The position numbers and the translations under genes were made by a program. From a virus (taxonomy: Duplodnaviria; Caudoviricetes), in IMG/VR virus record IMGVR_UViG_3300017911_002159, positions 1 through 64,000 of that record: 64,000 nt of DNA. One strand, 5' to 3'. Below the pieces are notes generated by a model. It was given only the letters and a program-made list of their open reading frames with translations. It did no database searches and was not told where the DNA came from. Shown here piece after piece: positions 16,287 through 26,411 of the stretch; the first letter of the stretch is position 1, and each line of letters begins with the position of its first letter.

Positions 16287-18475
16287 GCCCCTAACAGGGA
16301 GCCTGTATTGTGGCTCCCTAAATCATTTGCATTAGTGTGTATTCCCGGAACATAAAGTCCAGTTACGTTTGTTCCACCTTGCATTGGCTCTCCCTGTGCA
16401 CCTCTAGGAAGACTTTGGTTACCGCTGTAATCAGGATACATAGGCATTCTACCATTTCCAACAAAACCATAATCGTAGCTTGGAATTGCTGGAGCATTAA
16501 TGTACTCAAAGATGTCTGATATAGAATTATCAGAATCAAAAAAGTCTGTTACAGCAGAAGCAGCTAATAATCCCGCAGCACCACCAAAGTTTCCGGTCAA
16601 TCCGGTAGCTAGAGCTAAAGGATTGCCTCTTCCTATTGTGGAAATTTGTGTAAGTACATCACCCAAAACTGGAATTTCAGATAGTCCAGAAGACTTTAAC
16701 ATTTCATCAACAAAGTTAAACACAGGCTCACCAGCCACCTTAATCATACTTTGAAGTTCGTTAAATCCATCTTCACCTAGAGCTATCCTTGTAGCAGCAA
16801 AGGCTCCTGCACCAGCAGCAAATCCACCAAACATACCACCACCTAGCAATGAAGATAAACCAGCTACGGCTCCTGTAGTTCCTAATAAAGTGATAATTTC
16901 TTTATTATTGGTAAAGAAATCAATGATAGCTTTTAATGTTGGGTTAGATTCAATAAAATCATCAAGAACAAGCCCACCAGCAGATTCTCTTAATTTTTTT
17001 ACTTCTTCTGGATTCTCTGATCCAAGAACTAGTGTTCTTGTATCCGCCTTGCCCAAACCAATTTCACCAGCAATCTCACTTACAGCCATTTCTCCTAGTC
17101 TTTCTTGAACTTCTTCCGAAGTACCACGTAAAGGATCAAGCTGTGGTAAAGATTCCAACATTGTTTGTATTTGTGGATTTTGTAAAATTTCATCAATAGG
17201 TTTTGTTAAATTGCCAGCCAACTCTCCATACTCTGCATATTCTTTGTTAAACCTACCTAATATATTATTAATACCTTCAAATGTTTTATTTTGTTGATTA
17301 ACATTTTCTGACAAAATTCCCGGAGCATATGCTTTAATTAAATCAGAGCCTTCTGTTGGATTAAAAAGTATAGTTTCAAGTGGTGTCACTATACCTGATG
17401 TCTTTTGAAGAGTTTGATCAAGTTGTTCGAGTGCATCTATTTTTACGTTTGACTCTTCTGCTGCAGTGTAGATAGCTCTTAATCTGTCAAAGGCTCCCAT
17501 TTGGTCAAAATCTAAAAGTGATTCAAATTGTGGAGCTAAGACCTTTACAAGTTCTCTATTTTCTTGTGCAAGAGAAATAGATTCTTGAATTCTACCAGCC
17601 AGAGTGTCGGGGGCGGAGATTCTACTTATAGCAGATGTGATTGTTGGGATGCCTCCGCCTTGGAGACCCGGCCCTACTATTTCTTTTGCAAGTGTAGCAA
17701 CTTGTGGAATATCACCAAGGCTTTGACTAAGAACACCACTAACAGCAGACTCAACCCTTCCGGGAAAAAACCTAGTAGCTAGGTTTACCGCTGTACCTGC
17801 TACTGCTCCCGTCACTGATTCAACTTTTTCTTCTAGCACCGGATATCCGGTATCTCCACCATATCCAGTACTCATATTAGTGGAGTAAGATGTTGGTTCT
17901 GATAAAGGTGGTCTGGTGTCAGGAAATGCAGGAGGCTCAATTCCGAATTGATTTACCCAATTCATTTCTCGTTTTATTATACCGGCACCGTAATAATTTG
18001 CACCATCATCTTTTGATTTATTATAAAAAGTTTCGTTACCTGAACCGTAATTAATTACTTTCCTTACGTCACCTAATTCTTGAGCTTTTTTAGCAACTCC
18101 AGCAGAGCCGTTGTGCATGGCAAAATTACTATCATTAGAACCTGCAAAGACCTCATCTAATCTATCTTTAATTTTTTCTCTTAAAGCTTCATTGTTTTCA
18201 ATTCTTTTAATCTGTCTTTCTATGCTGTTTGTGTTTACAGGAGCATAGTAACCGCCACTATATTCTTTTTCTAAAGATCTTCCGTAAGCATCGGAACGGT
18301 TCATCAGAGTTTCTAAAACTGCTCTTTGAGCTTCTGCAGACGATTCACCAACTTCAGCTATGGTTAAAGCAAGTATTTTAATTAAGAAATCACTGTTTTC
18401 GTCACCAAAAAGCTCATCTTTAAATTTTGCTCTAAGTGAACTTAGTTTTGATTTATGTGATTCTGTTTGTGCCAT
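16271..18475 (-). CDS. Tape-measure/hub-like protein with an N-terminal SleB-like cell-wall hydrolase domain
   Basis: ALTIAEVG......AV.E...NR motif of Hydrolase_2; long helical body; Gly/Ala-rich TM-like segments; lies downstream of gp26/gp51. Confidence 0.6.
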   Translation of the reverse strand: MAQTESHKSKLSSLRAKFKDELFGDENSDFLIKILALTIAEVGESSAEAQRAVLETLMNRSDAYGRSLEKEYSGGYYAPVNTNSIERQIKRIENNEALREKIKDRLDEVFAGSNDSNFAMHNGSAGVAKKAQELGDVRKVINYGSGNETFYNKSKDDGANYYGAGIIKREMNWVNQFGIEPPAFPDTRPPLSEPTSYSTNMSTGYGGDTGYPVLEEKVESVTGAVAGTAVNLATRFFPGRVESAVSGVLSQSLGDIPQVATLAKEIVGPGLQGGGIPTITSAISRISAPDTLAGRIQESISLAQENRELVKVLAPQFESLLDFDQMGAFDRLRAIYTAAEESNVKIDALEQLDQTLQKTSGIVTPLETILFNPTEGSDLIKAYAPGILSENVNQQNKTFEGINNILGRFNKEYAEYGELAGNLTKPIDEILQNPQIQTMLESLPQLDPLRGTSEEVQERLGEMAVSEIAGEIGLGKADTRTLVLGSENPEEVKKLRESAGGLVLDDFIESNPTLKAIIDFFTNNKEIITLLGTTGAVAGLSSLLGGGMFGGFAAGAGAFAATRIALGEDGFNELQSMIKVAGEPVFNFVDEMLKSSGLSEIPVLGDVLTQISTIGRGNPLALATGLTGNFGGAAGLLAASAVTDFFDSDNSISDIFEYINAPAIPSYDYGFVGNGRMPMYPDYSGNQSLPRGAQGEPMQGGTNVTGLYVPGIHTNANDLGSHNTGSLLGAAGSQ

Positions 18476-18657
18476 TATCTTCTAGCCGCTTCCTGTTCTT
18501 CTTTTTTTCTTTCAAGGTAGTCAATCAGCATAGATGAATATAATTCAAGTTCATAAGGTATTAAGTTTTCTAAATCTGTGATACTGTATTTGTGATGCTG
18601 AGCCATATTAAAAATTAACTTGTAGTAATTTTTAAGATTGTTATGACCCAACAACAT
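18475..18657 (-). CDS. gp51: Baseplate hub assembly protein (gp51-like)
   Basis: L.NYY...F.M.QHHKYS..DLEN.IPYE...Y..ML; follows gp26. Confidence 0.75.
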   Translation of the reverse strand: MLLGHNNLKNYYKLIFNMAQHHKYSITDLENLIPYELELYSSMLIDYLERKKEEQEAARR

Positions 18658-19349
18658 TAAAAAAAACTGTTGATACCCTTTAATTTAGTAGATTTGTTTG
18701 TGCCTTCAGAATTTACCCATTTAGCTTCAACCTCAACCGTAGGCATCTTAGAAATAAATTCACGACACTTATCAATATCAGCCACACTCAAAGAATCAAT
18801 AAAGTCTGTTTTCTCTTCATCTGAGTAGTTTCCAAATTCGTAGTTTTCATCCTCATGAAACACAGCTTTGATGCTGTACTTCAGAGTGTCAAAGAATGAG
18901 TCTACGTCATTTTCTGTGGACACCTTTGAAATTTCATCAAGAGTAGGATACTTCATAATTAATGCTGTCGTATCATTAATCTTGATGCTGTTTTTAGCTT
19001 TTGGAGCTTTAATTTGAATATCAGCTAATTCAATAGACGCCTTAACTTTTTTCTCTGTATCGGGGTCGTTGATTTCTACTTCAACAGAGCCGCCAATAGA
19101 GTTAATTCTAAGTTGTACAAATAGATACTCAATATCATAGTAAGGCAATTTTAGAACATCAATCTCCTCGTCAACAATACAACCCTGCACTACTTGATTC
19201 AGAGATAAGAAAATTTGCTCTTTGTCTTGTGATTGTTTTGCAAGAAGAAGAATTTTTTCTTCTTTAACCAAAAAAGGTCTCATCAAAATTTCACGTTCAA
19301 GAGATGGAACCTTCACTTTAAAGGTAGGTACATTAATCTTAGGTAACAT
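18657..19349 (-). CDS. gp26: Baseplate hub subunit gp26
   Basis: LPKI..P.F...VPS......RPFLVKEEKILL.A, DIEYLF.QLR..S.G, MKYP. Confidence 0.92.
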   Translation of the reverse strand: MLPKINVPTFKVKVPSLEREILMRPFLVKEEKILLLAKQSQDKEQIFLSLNQVVQGCIVDEEIDVLKLPYYDIEYLFVQLRINSIGGSVEVEINDPDTEKKVKASIELADIQIKAPKAKNSIKINDTTALIMKYPTLDEISKVSTENDVDSFFDTLKYSIKAVFHEDENYEFGNYSDEEKTDFIDSLSVADIDKCREFISKMPTVEVEAKWVNSEGTNKSTKLKGINSFF

Positions 19350-19365
19350 TTTTCATCCTTATAAA

Positions 19366-19965
19366 TTAAAATCTAGGCCTTTCAATAACCTTTGGGCTTG
19401 ATTCTGGAAATGGAATTCTATCAGTAAAGTTGCCTTCACCAAACTGTGCAAACGGACTGGACCCACCACCAAAGGCAGACATCGAGTAAGATCTGTAAGT
19501 TAAAGTACAAGCTACAGATGCAATCGAGTCTCCACTGCTCCAGTCTAGACTAACATCAGATAGAGACGAAATAAAACAATCATGTAGGTTATATTTTGTT
19601 ACAACTTTACCACTTTGATTGTAGTGTATAATTTGAGCCGAAGATTCATACTCGGAAGGATATCCTACTGCACCATCTGGATCTACAACGCTGTCCATCA
19701 TCTGGTTTAGGGCCGACAAACATCTTCCCTCGTTGTCTAAAATAAATGTAAATGGTGCAGAAGAGTATGCTCTTGTTACAGGTCTTTGAATAGGTCTGTA
19801 AGGACCGTTGCTGAAAGTGTCTGTGCCGATGCTAGAGCCGGGTAGAATTGCAGAGGATACTTGAAATCTCAGATCACCAAAGCTTGCAAAGAAAACTTCA
19901 AAGAGAGCAGACTTAGCAAAGTCTCCCTTAAAATGTCCCTTAAATTCCTCGATACTAAATCCCAT
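19366..19965 (-). CDS. gp54: Baseplate tail-tube initiator (gp54/gp19-like)
   Basis: Tube-fold pattern LPG....T, Y...Y, Y.L...F....DV.LDW; position between gp2 and gp26. Confidence 0.7.
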   Translation of the reverse strand: MGFSIEEFKGHFKGDFAKSALFEVFFASFGDLRFQVSSAILPGSSIGTDTFSNGPYRPIQRPVTRAYSSAPFTFILDNEGRCLSALNQMMDSVVDPDGAVGYPSEYESSAQIIHYNQSGKVVTKYNLHDCFISSLSDVSLDWSSGDSIASVACTLTYRSYSMSAFGGGSSPFAQFGEGNFTDRIPFPESSPKVIERPRF

Positions 19966-19967
19966 AT

Positions 19968-20630
19968 CTAAACCTTATTAAGTGATTCTTGTTGTGCAGT
20001 TGCAGCAAGACCCGGATTAGGAGATGCTGCTCCTCTGGCAAACATTTCTACAGGCAAGAATAAAGCAATGTCCCACTCAAGAGAATTCACCTCAAAAAAG
20101 GGTGACTGTAAGTGATTGAACAAATACTTTTTTACACATGGTTTAAACATACCAAATCTTGAAGCCGCCTTTAGAATATCATAACTAATACGAAGTTTTG
20201 TTTTTTCATCATAATTTTTATCACTGGATAAAGTATAAAGTGCATCCATCAAACTTGCACGTGCCAATAGAGGTAGGTAGTGCAAATTAATTCCCATTAT
20301 TCCGTTATTTATGACATCGATAGGAAAAATCATTGGAAGTCTATCATGATACGGTAAAGTTTTAAACATCTTTGGAAAGTATCTAAAAAGATACATTTTT
20401 CCTATTATTGGTGTAGATGTCATTCTTTTTTCATTGGTAAAAATAGTTTTCTTAGACGTTTGGCCTGACATGTAACCAAAGCCTCTGTAATATTCCCTTG
20501 CTCTCTTTGTTTTAACAGGAACTATTTCTTGTTCCAAACCTTCTAACAGAATTGTGTGAAACACGTCTCTTGGTCTTTGACCAATTATTCTCTCTACTGT
20601 TTTTTGAAAACTATCTAACGTTATAGCCAT
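19968..20630 (-). CDS. gp2: DNA end protector gp2
   Basis: GKMY.F.Y.PK...TLPY.D..P.IFP, GINLHYLP, KPCVK.YL..H, EWDIALFLP. Confidence 0.92.
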   Translation of the reverse strand: MAITLDSFQKTVERIIGQRPRDVFHTILLEGLEQEIVPVKTKRAREYYRGFGYMSGQTSKKTIFTNEKRMTSTPIIGKMYLFRYFPKMFKTLPYHDRLPMIFPIDVINNGIMGINLHYLPLLARASLMDALYTLSSDKNYDEKTKLRISYDILKAASRFGMFKPCVKKYLFNHLQSPFFEVNSLEWDIALFLPVEMFARGAASPNPGLAATAQQESLNKV

Positions 20631-21067
20631 TAGATGCCTAACTCATTTTCAGTCAGGATTTGAAATTTCCACTTTCTGTCTTTGCAGAAGTTTTCAGCAG
20701 CCTTCCATTTAGATTCATTGATGGCGTAAGTTTTTACTTTGTTTACATATTGTTGGGTCATTTTAGACTGCTTTTCTGGTTTTTTGGTTTGATAATTTGG
20801 TTTGATTTCAACTACCAAGACATCAATACCACCGGCATTATTTTTCTTTTTAACATAAAAGTCTGGAAAATATCTTCTAATCTTTCCATCAACAGGACTT
20901 TTGTATGGTATAAAGAATTCTTCCGATGACCATTCCAACACACTTGGATTTTCGTCTAAGTAGCCCATAAACATCTTTTCCCAAGAACTCCTATAAATAA
21001 TTCGAGTGGGATCACCTTTGTATTTCTTGTAGTTTTTGGGTTTAAATAAACCTTTTTTAGCAGCCAT
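20630..21067 (-). CDS. gp4: Head completion nuclease gp4 (TnsA-like)
   Basis: G.FKPKN.KKYKGD...IIYRSSWE, W.SEE..IPY, RYFPDF, EIKP..QT, N..KW.AA; start at MAAKKG. Confidence 0.93.
   Translation of the reverse strand: MAAKKGLFKPKNYKKYKGDPTRIIYRSSWEKMFMGYLDENPSVLEWSSEEFFIPYKSPVDGKIRRYFPDFYVKKKNNAGGIDVLVVEIKPNYQTKKPEKQSKMTQQYVNKVKTYAINESKWKAAENFCKDRKWKFQILTENELGI
20992..20999 (+). promoter_or_regulatory. T4-type late promoter TATAAATA (inside antisense gp4) driving the gp48 operon
   Basis: Exact consensus about 90 nt upstream of the gp48 start. Confidence 0.7.
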
Positions 21068-21089
21068 AAAAATATTTAGTAGGAATTTA

Positions 21090-22304
21090 ATGGTACAAGT
21101 AACCAAAAGCACAGCAGATGCAATCACGGATGGCGCTAGGCTAGTAGGTAGAACTACAAGTGGTGGAGTTGTCAGAACAAGAACTAAGGCTGAAATCGAG
21201 GCTGACTCAAGGAAATTTTCTTCCTCTTCCGGGAAGGATAACAAGGGAAGATCTACGAGAAGCAATCGAAGAGAGCCGCCTGAGGTTGTAGATATTCGAG
21301 ATGTCGGGTCTAAAAATCAGGATTTCAATGGAGATACCATTGTTGTCGTGGAGAATGTTTTTAGCAAAGACACTGATGATTCTAGAACAACTCTGGCTGA
21401 GTATTTAAACAGACAAGGTATTGAAGTTACTGAGTCATCTGTGAGAAACTTGGCTTTGAGAGGGCCAGTTACCTTTGCACAAAATTTTGCTGAACAGTTT
21501 TCAAGTGGTGCTTTAAGGCTTGAAGACCCTACTCTTGCTGGATTAGGTTTTGGTGGAGGCAGTGCAGGTGGTAGAGGACAAGCCTCTGGTATGTCATCTC
21601 TTTCCAGCATTCACGGTCTCCCTATTCCTGATAATTTGCAAGAAGCTCTTAGAATTGGTTATGATTCTAAAAGCCAAGGGGTAACTGCACATTTACAGAA
21701 CGCTGTGTTCAACTCAATAAATGCTGGTCTTCAAACATTAGCAGCAGATGGCGGCACTGCCAGTGATGCCTTTGCTTCGGCTCAAGCAGAAATCGAAAAA
21801 AGATTTCAGAATATTCCAAACTATTTGGAAGGTGGCGCAGCATTAAACAATCTTATTGGTGCTTTGTTCAACATGGCCGGTGTTGGCAGCAACTTTAATA
21901 CAGCTTTCAACAACACAATGGTTCAGCAATTTTCTGGCGTATCTCCAAGATCCTTTACGTTCCAGTGGAGACTTTACGCCGAAGATGCTGCACAAACTTC
22001 AAAAATCTTTAGAACTATTCAAATTTTTAAAATGATAAGTCATCCAAAGATTGTAGATGAGTTTCTAAAAATTATTCAGTTCCCTATGAAAATTAAGAAG
22101 TTTGACATTAGATCTCCTAACGGCTTGGTAATTTTCCCAATATTTGAGTCTGTTATTACTGATGTCGTTATCGACTACAGCGGTTCAGGAGCACCAACAT
22201 TCTTCAAGTCTGGTGCACCTACGTCTATCAACTTGTCATTAACACTCACAGAAATTACGAGTGCAACTAGAGATGACTATGCAGCTAACCCACCGGGATT
22301 CTAA
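21090..22304 (+). CDS. gp48: Baseplate tail-tube cap gp48
   Basis: LP.P..L......Y, F.GV.PRSF.F.W.L, V..DYS, G.P..I.L.L.L.EI; start at MVQVTK. Confidence 0.8.
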   Translation: MVQVTKSTADAITDGARLVGRTTSGGVVRTRTKAEIEADSRKFSSSSGKDNKGRSTRSNRREPPEVVDIRDVGSKNQDFNGDTIVVVENVFSKDTDDSRTTLAEYLNRQGIEVTESSVRNLALRGPVTFAQNFAEQFSSGALRLEDPTLAGLGFGGGSAGGRGQASGMSSLSSIHGLPIPDNLQEALRIGYDSKSQGVTAHLQNAVFNSINAGLQTLAADGGTASDAFASAQAEIEKRFQNIPNYLEGGAALNNLIGALFNMAGVGSNFNTAFNNTMVQQFSGVSPRSFTFQWRLYAEDAAQTSKIFRTIQIFKMISHPKIVDEFLKIIQFPMKIKKFDIRSPNGLVIFPIFESVITDVVIDYSGSGAPTFFKSGAPTSINLSLTLTEITSATRDDYAANPPGF

Positions 22305-22307
22305 GAG

Positions 22308-22856
22308 ATGTCAAAAGGCTTATTTAAAAACTATCCTATCATTAACTACGATGGCAAGTTGTCTAGAAACTTAATGGTTTCATCTAAGTTTGTTAAAGAT
22401 ATTTTTAACAATCCAGTATCTTTTATTAAGTATACTGTTAAAAACGATGAGTCTCCTGAAGAGGTTTCTTTTAAATTTTATGATAGTATCTTTTTTTCTT
22501 GGGTTATTTTGTTAGCAAATCAAATTGTGGACGTGCACAGCGAATGGCCTAAAACATACAAACAATTTACAAATTTCTTAATTCAAAAATATGGATCTGT
22601 GCCTGCATCTAAAGAAAGAATTCTACACTACAAAAATTCAAAGTATAATTTTTTTATTAATTCTGCTACTTACTCAAGATATGCTAATAGTGACTTTGTA
22701 GATGCTACTATTAAAGTAGACAGAACCGGATGGGAACCTGTGACTGCTTTTGATCATGAAGAGGAAAGAAATGATAACTTAAGAAATATTCAAGTTATCG
22801 ATCCAAGTTTTATACCTCAAATAAGAACAGAGGTGGAAAGACTATTTAATGAATGA
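22308..22856 (+). CDS. gp53: Baseplate wedge gp53 (LysM-like)
   Basis: F...P.I.Y, Y.V...E.PE.VS..FY.....WVILLAN.I.D...EWP, KYGS, E...N...R.I. Confidence 0.9.
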   Translation: MSKGLFKNYPIINYDGKLSRNLMVSSKFVKDIFNNPVSFIKYTVKNDESPEEVSFKFYDSIFFSWVILLANQIVDVHSEWPKTYKQFTNFLIQKYGSVPASKERILHYKNSKYNFFINSATYSRYANSDFVDATIKVDRTGWEPVTAFDHEEERNDNLRNIQVIDPSFIPQIRTEVERLFNE

Positions 22857-24123
22857 ACATAATCAACAGAATCTTTTTACAAAAGGCAAACCGTTTGAAG
22901 TTCACATATCTTCTCTATTTGGCGGAGAGATAAGGGAAATTTCAAAGGAGTGTGCTTACTTTTCTATCTTTTCGTCTTTAGATTCGCCGTTCATGGCTGT
23001 AAGTGCACTGATTGCAGATGATGATGCAATCTTTTCTGATCTTAGAGTTGATGGTGATAAAGGTTTGTTGGTTAAGGCAAGGGCAGGTAATGGCTCTTCA
23101 ATTGGTGGCAACTTTCATATCAACACTTACGGGAACACTCCGCAAAACAACCGTAAATCTCAGGCAGTTTTGGTAGGCTGTATTTCGCCAGAGCATATTC
23201 ATAATGCAAGCCAAAAGGTTCAAGAATATCAATTTTGGTATAATCCCAAACCAATATCCGACCTCATTAGATTTGTTTTTTACAAATACCTTAAGGTTCC
23301 TTTGTTCTCTACGGCTAGTGCTCCAGCAACTAATCCTGCAGTGAATATCAACATACCTAAAATGCACCCTATGGAGGCTATATCTTTTTTAAACGAAAGA
23401 GCACAGGGTTCTGGAAAAAATTTATACGCCATTTATCAAAAGTTTAATGCCAGAGGAACACCAAGATATTTTTATGATGATGTAGCTTCTTTGTCCTCAC
23501 AGGCGGCAAAATGGACATTTGCTTTGACTGAAAGCAACGGCGGTGCAGAAAACGATGACATAATTGATAAAGCGTACAAAGCTGGTCAGCCAATCAGTAA
23601 AATTCTTCATTATCAATCAGAATCTCATTTCAATGCACACGACACTATAAAACAGGGCTATCCTTCAAGAACATATATCAAAATGGATTTCATAAACAAA
23701 ACTGTAGAGAGTTTTGACGATTATGATCAACATACTTTGATAGGCAAGAAACAGATGCCTTTAGTTGTTGCACTAGCAAATAGTAATGAAGACATTTATG
23801 GCAACAGAGCTATTTACGAACCATTTAACGGCGATTCATCTTACTACACTGATCCTATCTTGGAGAAATCATTTCACAAATCTAAGCCAGTAGCATCTTC
23901 TTTTTTAGGAAAGAGGGTGACAATCACAACTTATGGATGTCCGGAAGTTAATCCGGGAGATAAAGTTTTCTTAGCTGTGCCAGAGTTTGTTTCGGAGCCT
24001 GAGAGAGATCCTGATAAACAATATGCTAAAGAATATTTGGTCTATTCAGCACAACATCATGTGATAAGAAGTGGCGAGTTTACTTCTAAATATGAATTAA
24101 TTAGTGATGGGCAAATGCAATGA
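22849..24123 (+). CDS. Baseplate hub protein (gp27-like)
   Basis: Position between gp53 and gp5; IP...P.EAI.FL, G...V.PG..V...P, YLV...H pattern. Confidence 0.6.
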   Translation: MNEHNQQNLFTKGKPFEVHISSLFGGEIREISKECAYFSIFSSLDSPFMAVSALIADDDAIFSDLRVDGDKGLLVKARAGNGSSIGGNFHINTYGNTPQNNRKSQAVLVGCISPEHIHNASQKVQEYQFWYNPKPISDLIRFVFYKYLKVPLFSTASAPATNPAVNINIPKMHPMEAISFLNERAQGSGKNLYAIYQKFNARGTPRYFYDDVASLSSQAAKWTFALTESNGGAENDDIIDKAYKAGQPISKILHYQSESHFNAHDTIKQGYPSRTYIKMDFINKTVESFDDYDQHTLIGKKQMPLVVALANSNEDIYGNRAIYEPFNGDSSYYTDPILEKSFHKSKPVASSFLGKRVTITTYGCPEVNPGDKVFLAVPEFVSEPERDPDKQYAKEYLVYSAQHHVIRSGEFTSKYELISDGQMQ

Positions 24124-24584
24124 GCACAACACATCTGCAAGGAAATAAACCCGGTGGATTAAATGGTTTCCAGTCTGATTTTTATGGAAACGATTTTACT
24201 TGGTTTATTGCCTTTGTCGAGAAAACATATGATGCTGAAGATGATTATGACAAGTTGAATAGAGTTGCTATTAGAATTTGGGGTTTACATGATTTTGAGG
24301 CCACCATTGATGAATTGCCGTTAGCACAAGTTTTGATGCCGACAACTTTGGGCAATGTCCATGATATCGGAGGAATCTTTGGGCTTGAGGTTGGTTCTAT
24401 GGTTTTTGGATTTTGGTTGGACAGACACAAACAGCATCCAGTAATTGTTGGTTCTTTAGTCGGTAAGACATCAGAAGATGATGTTGTTGATGACGTGTCT
24501 TCGTTGGTTCAAACGCCGGGGGTGACGCCATTTACTCCTCTGCCAACGGCTGAACCGCCTACACCTACAGACGTATTAGTATGA
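24120..24584 (+). CDS. gp5: gp5 N-terminal OB-fold domain as a standalone ORF
   Basis: F.WF...VE...D...L.RV.IRI.G.H......LP.A..LMPT, VGS.VFGFWLD..KQ.P.I.GS. Confidence 0.8.
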   Translation: MSTTHLQGNKPGGLNGFQSDFYGNDFTWFIAFVEKTYDAEDDYDKLNRVAIRIWGLHDFEATIDELPLAQVLMPTTLGNVHDIGGIFGLEVGSMVFGFWLDRHKQHPVIVGSLVGKTSEDDVVDDVSSLVQTPGVTPFTPLPTAEPPTPTDVLV

Positions 24585-24593
24585 GAAAAAAAC

Positions 24594-25148
24594 ATGAATG
24601 CTCAATCTTTCAATTTCGATGTCGGCGTAAAAAGCTACAAAAAGAATAGACTCATTGTAAACGAGATTCATCTGTTGAATGAAATTTTGTTTTGTATGGA
24701 AAAGACAAACAAAAAGATATTTAACATCAGTGTTATTTCATATGTAAACGATGACTCTAATAAACTAAAAAACTTTTTTGATGTAAAAAGAGATCTTAGT
24801 GCTTCAAATTTTGAAAAGGTTTTTAATTATTACATCAATAAAAAAGGCAATCTAGTTACTGATGTTGAGTTGGGAGACGAAAGTTATTTCTTTGAAGGTC
24901 CAGACAATAAAGTAAACGTAACAGTGTGTTTGTCGGGAACTAAAAAGCATCCGTCCAACAATAGTTCAGCAACAAAAATATACAATTTTGATCAGCTAAA
25001 AACATTAAATAAAATCTTAAAAACATTCAGACAAAATACAGAAAGTGTTTTGTATAGCAACTTAGAAATATCTAGTGACATCTTAAAGCTTAGTGGATCT
25101 GGCTTTGATATTAATCAATTTGTGAAAGAAAGAGGTCTCAATGAATAG
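24594..25148 (+). CDS. Degenerate N-acetylmuramoyl-L-alanine amidase-like protein
   Basis: NYYINKKGNL, VTVCLSG, ..DQ.KTL..ILK, S.FD...F echo T7-lysozyme/Amidase_2, but the Zn-binding His/Cys are not evident. Confidence 0.45.
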   Translation: MNAQSFNFDVGVKSYKKNRLIVNEIHLLNEILFCMEKTNKKIFNISVISYVNDDSNKLKNFFDVKRDLSASNFEKVFNYYINKKGNLVTDVELGDESYFFEGPDNKVNVTVCLSGTKKHPSNNSSATKIYNFDQLKTLNKILKTFRQNTESVLYSNLEISSDILKLSGSGFDINQFVKERGLNE

Positions 25149-25713
25149 AAAATATTTTCCACCCGAACCACCTCAGGGTTACGGAAGAGAGATGCCAGTT
25201 GAGGTAGGTGCTGATGAAGAAGTAAAAATGGTGCCTGAACCTGTAATCTCTCCAGAGCCAAAGGTTGAGTATCCTTACAATAAAATCACAAAGTATTCCA
25301 ACGGTCACAAGATTGAATTTAACACAACGGAAGGTTCTGAATATATTAACATTCAACACGGAAATAATGAAACCAGAATAACTCTTTTTGCTGACGGCAA
25401 TTTAGAAATTATTCAAAAGAACGGTAATAGACATGATGAAGTCAATGGTGATTACAAAGTTCTCGTTGAGAATGATTTAGTTACTGAAAGTAAAACCAGA
25501 ATATCCAAACAAAATTCAGTTCTAAATGATTCTAAGGGTGTTCATTATATCAAATCTGGAGAAATTATAGTGTTGGATGCACCAACTGTTTTGATAAAGG
25601 GTGAACTAAAGATTGAATCTTCCTCATCTAGCACAAAGACCAAAGATAATGATAGCAAAAAAACTGGTTACGATCCATTTGCTGATGAAAATGATTGGGA
25701 GGGTGCAGCATGA
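25141..25713 (+). CDS. gp5 C-terminal beta-helix fragment
   Basis: YPYNK....GH.IEF..T.G.E.I...H, then V.GD....V.. repeats. Confidence 0.75.
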   Translation: MNRKYFPPEPPQGYGREMPVEVGADEEVKMVPEPVISPEPKVEYPYNKITKYSNGHKIEFNTTEGSEYINIQHGNNETRITLFADGNLEIIQKNGNRHDEVNGDYKVLVENDLVTESKTRISKQNSVLNDSKGVHYIKSGEIIVLDAPTVLIKGELKIESSSSSTKTKDNDSKKTGYDPFADENDWEGAA

Positions 25714-26411
25714 ATTTAGAAACACAAAATTCTTTTGGCCCAATTGCACAATTTAATACCTTTGATTTAGAGATAGTAAAAAGAAATAATTTTGCTGTTG
25801 TTCCGCAGCATCTGAAGATTTCAGTAGATAAAGATATTTCCATACTGAAAGACCCTAAAAATATAAGAATCTCTAATCACTACTATGCAGATAGTTTTAT
25901 TGATTTCCCTTTACACACCAACAATGTATTCTCTGCCAAAAAACCGAAATTTGAAACTATTGCACTAACTGGACCTCCAGATTCATTTACTCAAACCAAC
26001 ACCAACATTATCACTTGGGAGGAAGATGAATTACGTTTGCCGCAACACGCCTTTTCAAATGATGAAGTCTATAGAAATTTACAAAGATTGTGTTTAGAAA
26101 TTTTAGATCCTTTATTTCTATTACTAGGAGAAAGAGCAGAAATAAAAGAGGGCGTAATTTTTAGAGAAAGTGTCAGTGGTGTAGCTGGTGATTCATTTTT
26201 CTTAGAACAGGCTAAAGGTAATGCTGTAGTTTTTGGTTTAAAAAATGACTCCGATAACACTAAATTAAATAAATGTCGTGATTTTATAAAAGAATTTTCA
26301 TTGTTTGATCAAATGTTTTTGGATTACAGTAGTCGTCTTTACGATCAGTCTACTATTGCAGTCTCTGTAAATGATAAAAAAAGAAACCAAATATTTAAAA
26401 GGTACAAATAA
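25710..26411 (+). CDS. Degenerate peptidase M15-like baseplate protein
   Basis: RIS.HY, NL..LC.EILDPL, G.AV pattern of M15 domains; SxH and D ligands appear replaced. Confidence 0.45.
   Translation: MNLETQNSFGPIAQFNTFDLEIVKRNNFAVVPQHLKISVDKDISILKDPKNIRISNHYYADSFIDFPLHTNNVFSAKKPKFETIALTGPPDSFTQTNTNIITWEEDELRLPQHAFSNDEVYRNLQRLCLEILDPLFLLLGERAEIKEGVIFRESVSGVAGDSFFLEQAKGNAVVFGLKNDSDNTKLNKCRDFIKEFSLFDQMFLDYSSRLYDQSTIAVSVNDKKRNQIFKRYK

Noticed and set aside
20630-21067. TnsA-like domain as a transposon
   Set aside because: It is head-completion gp4 in its normal context; the ORF-track extension to 21265 overlaps gp48 and is spurious
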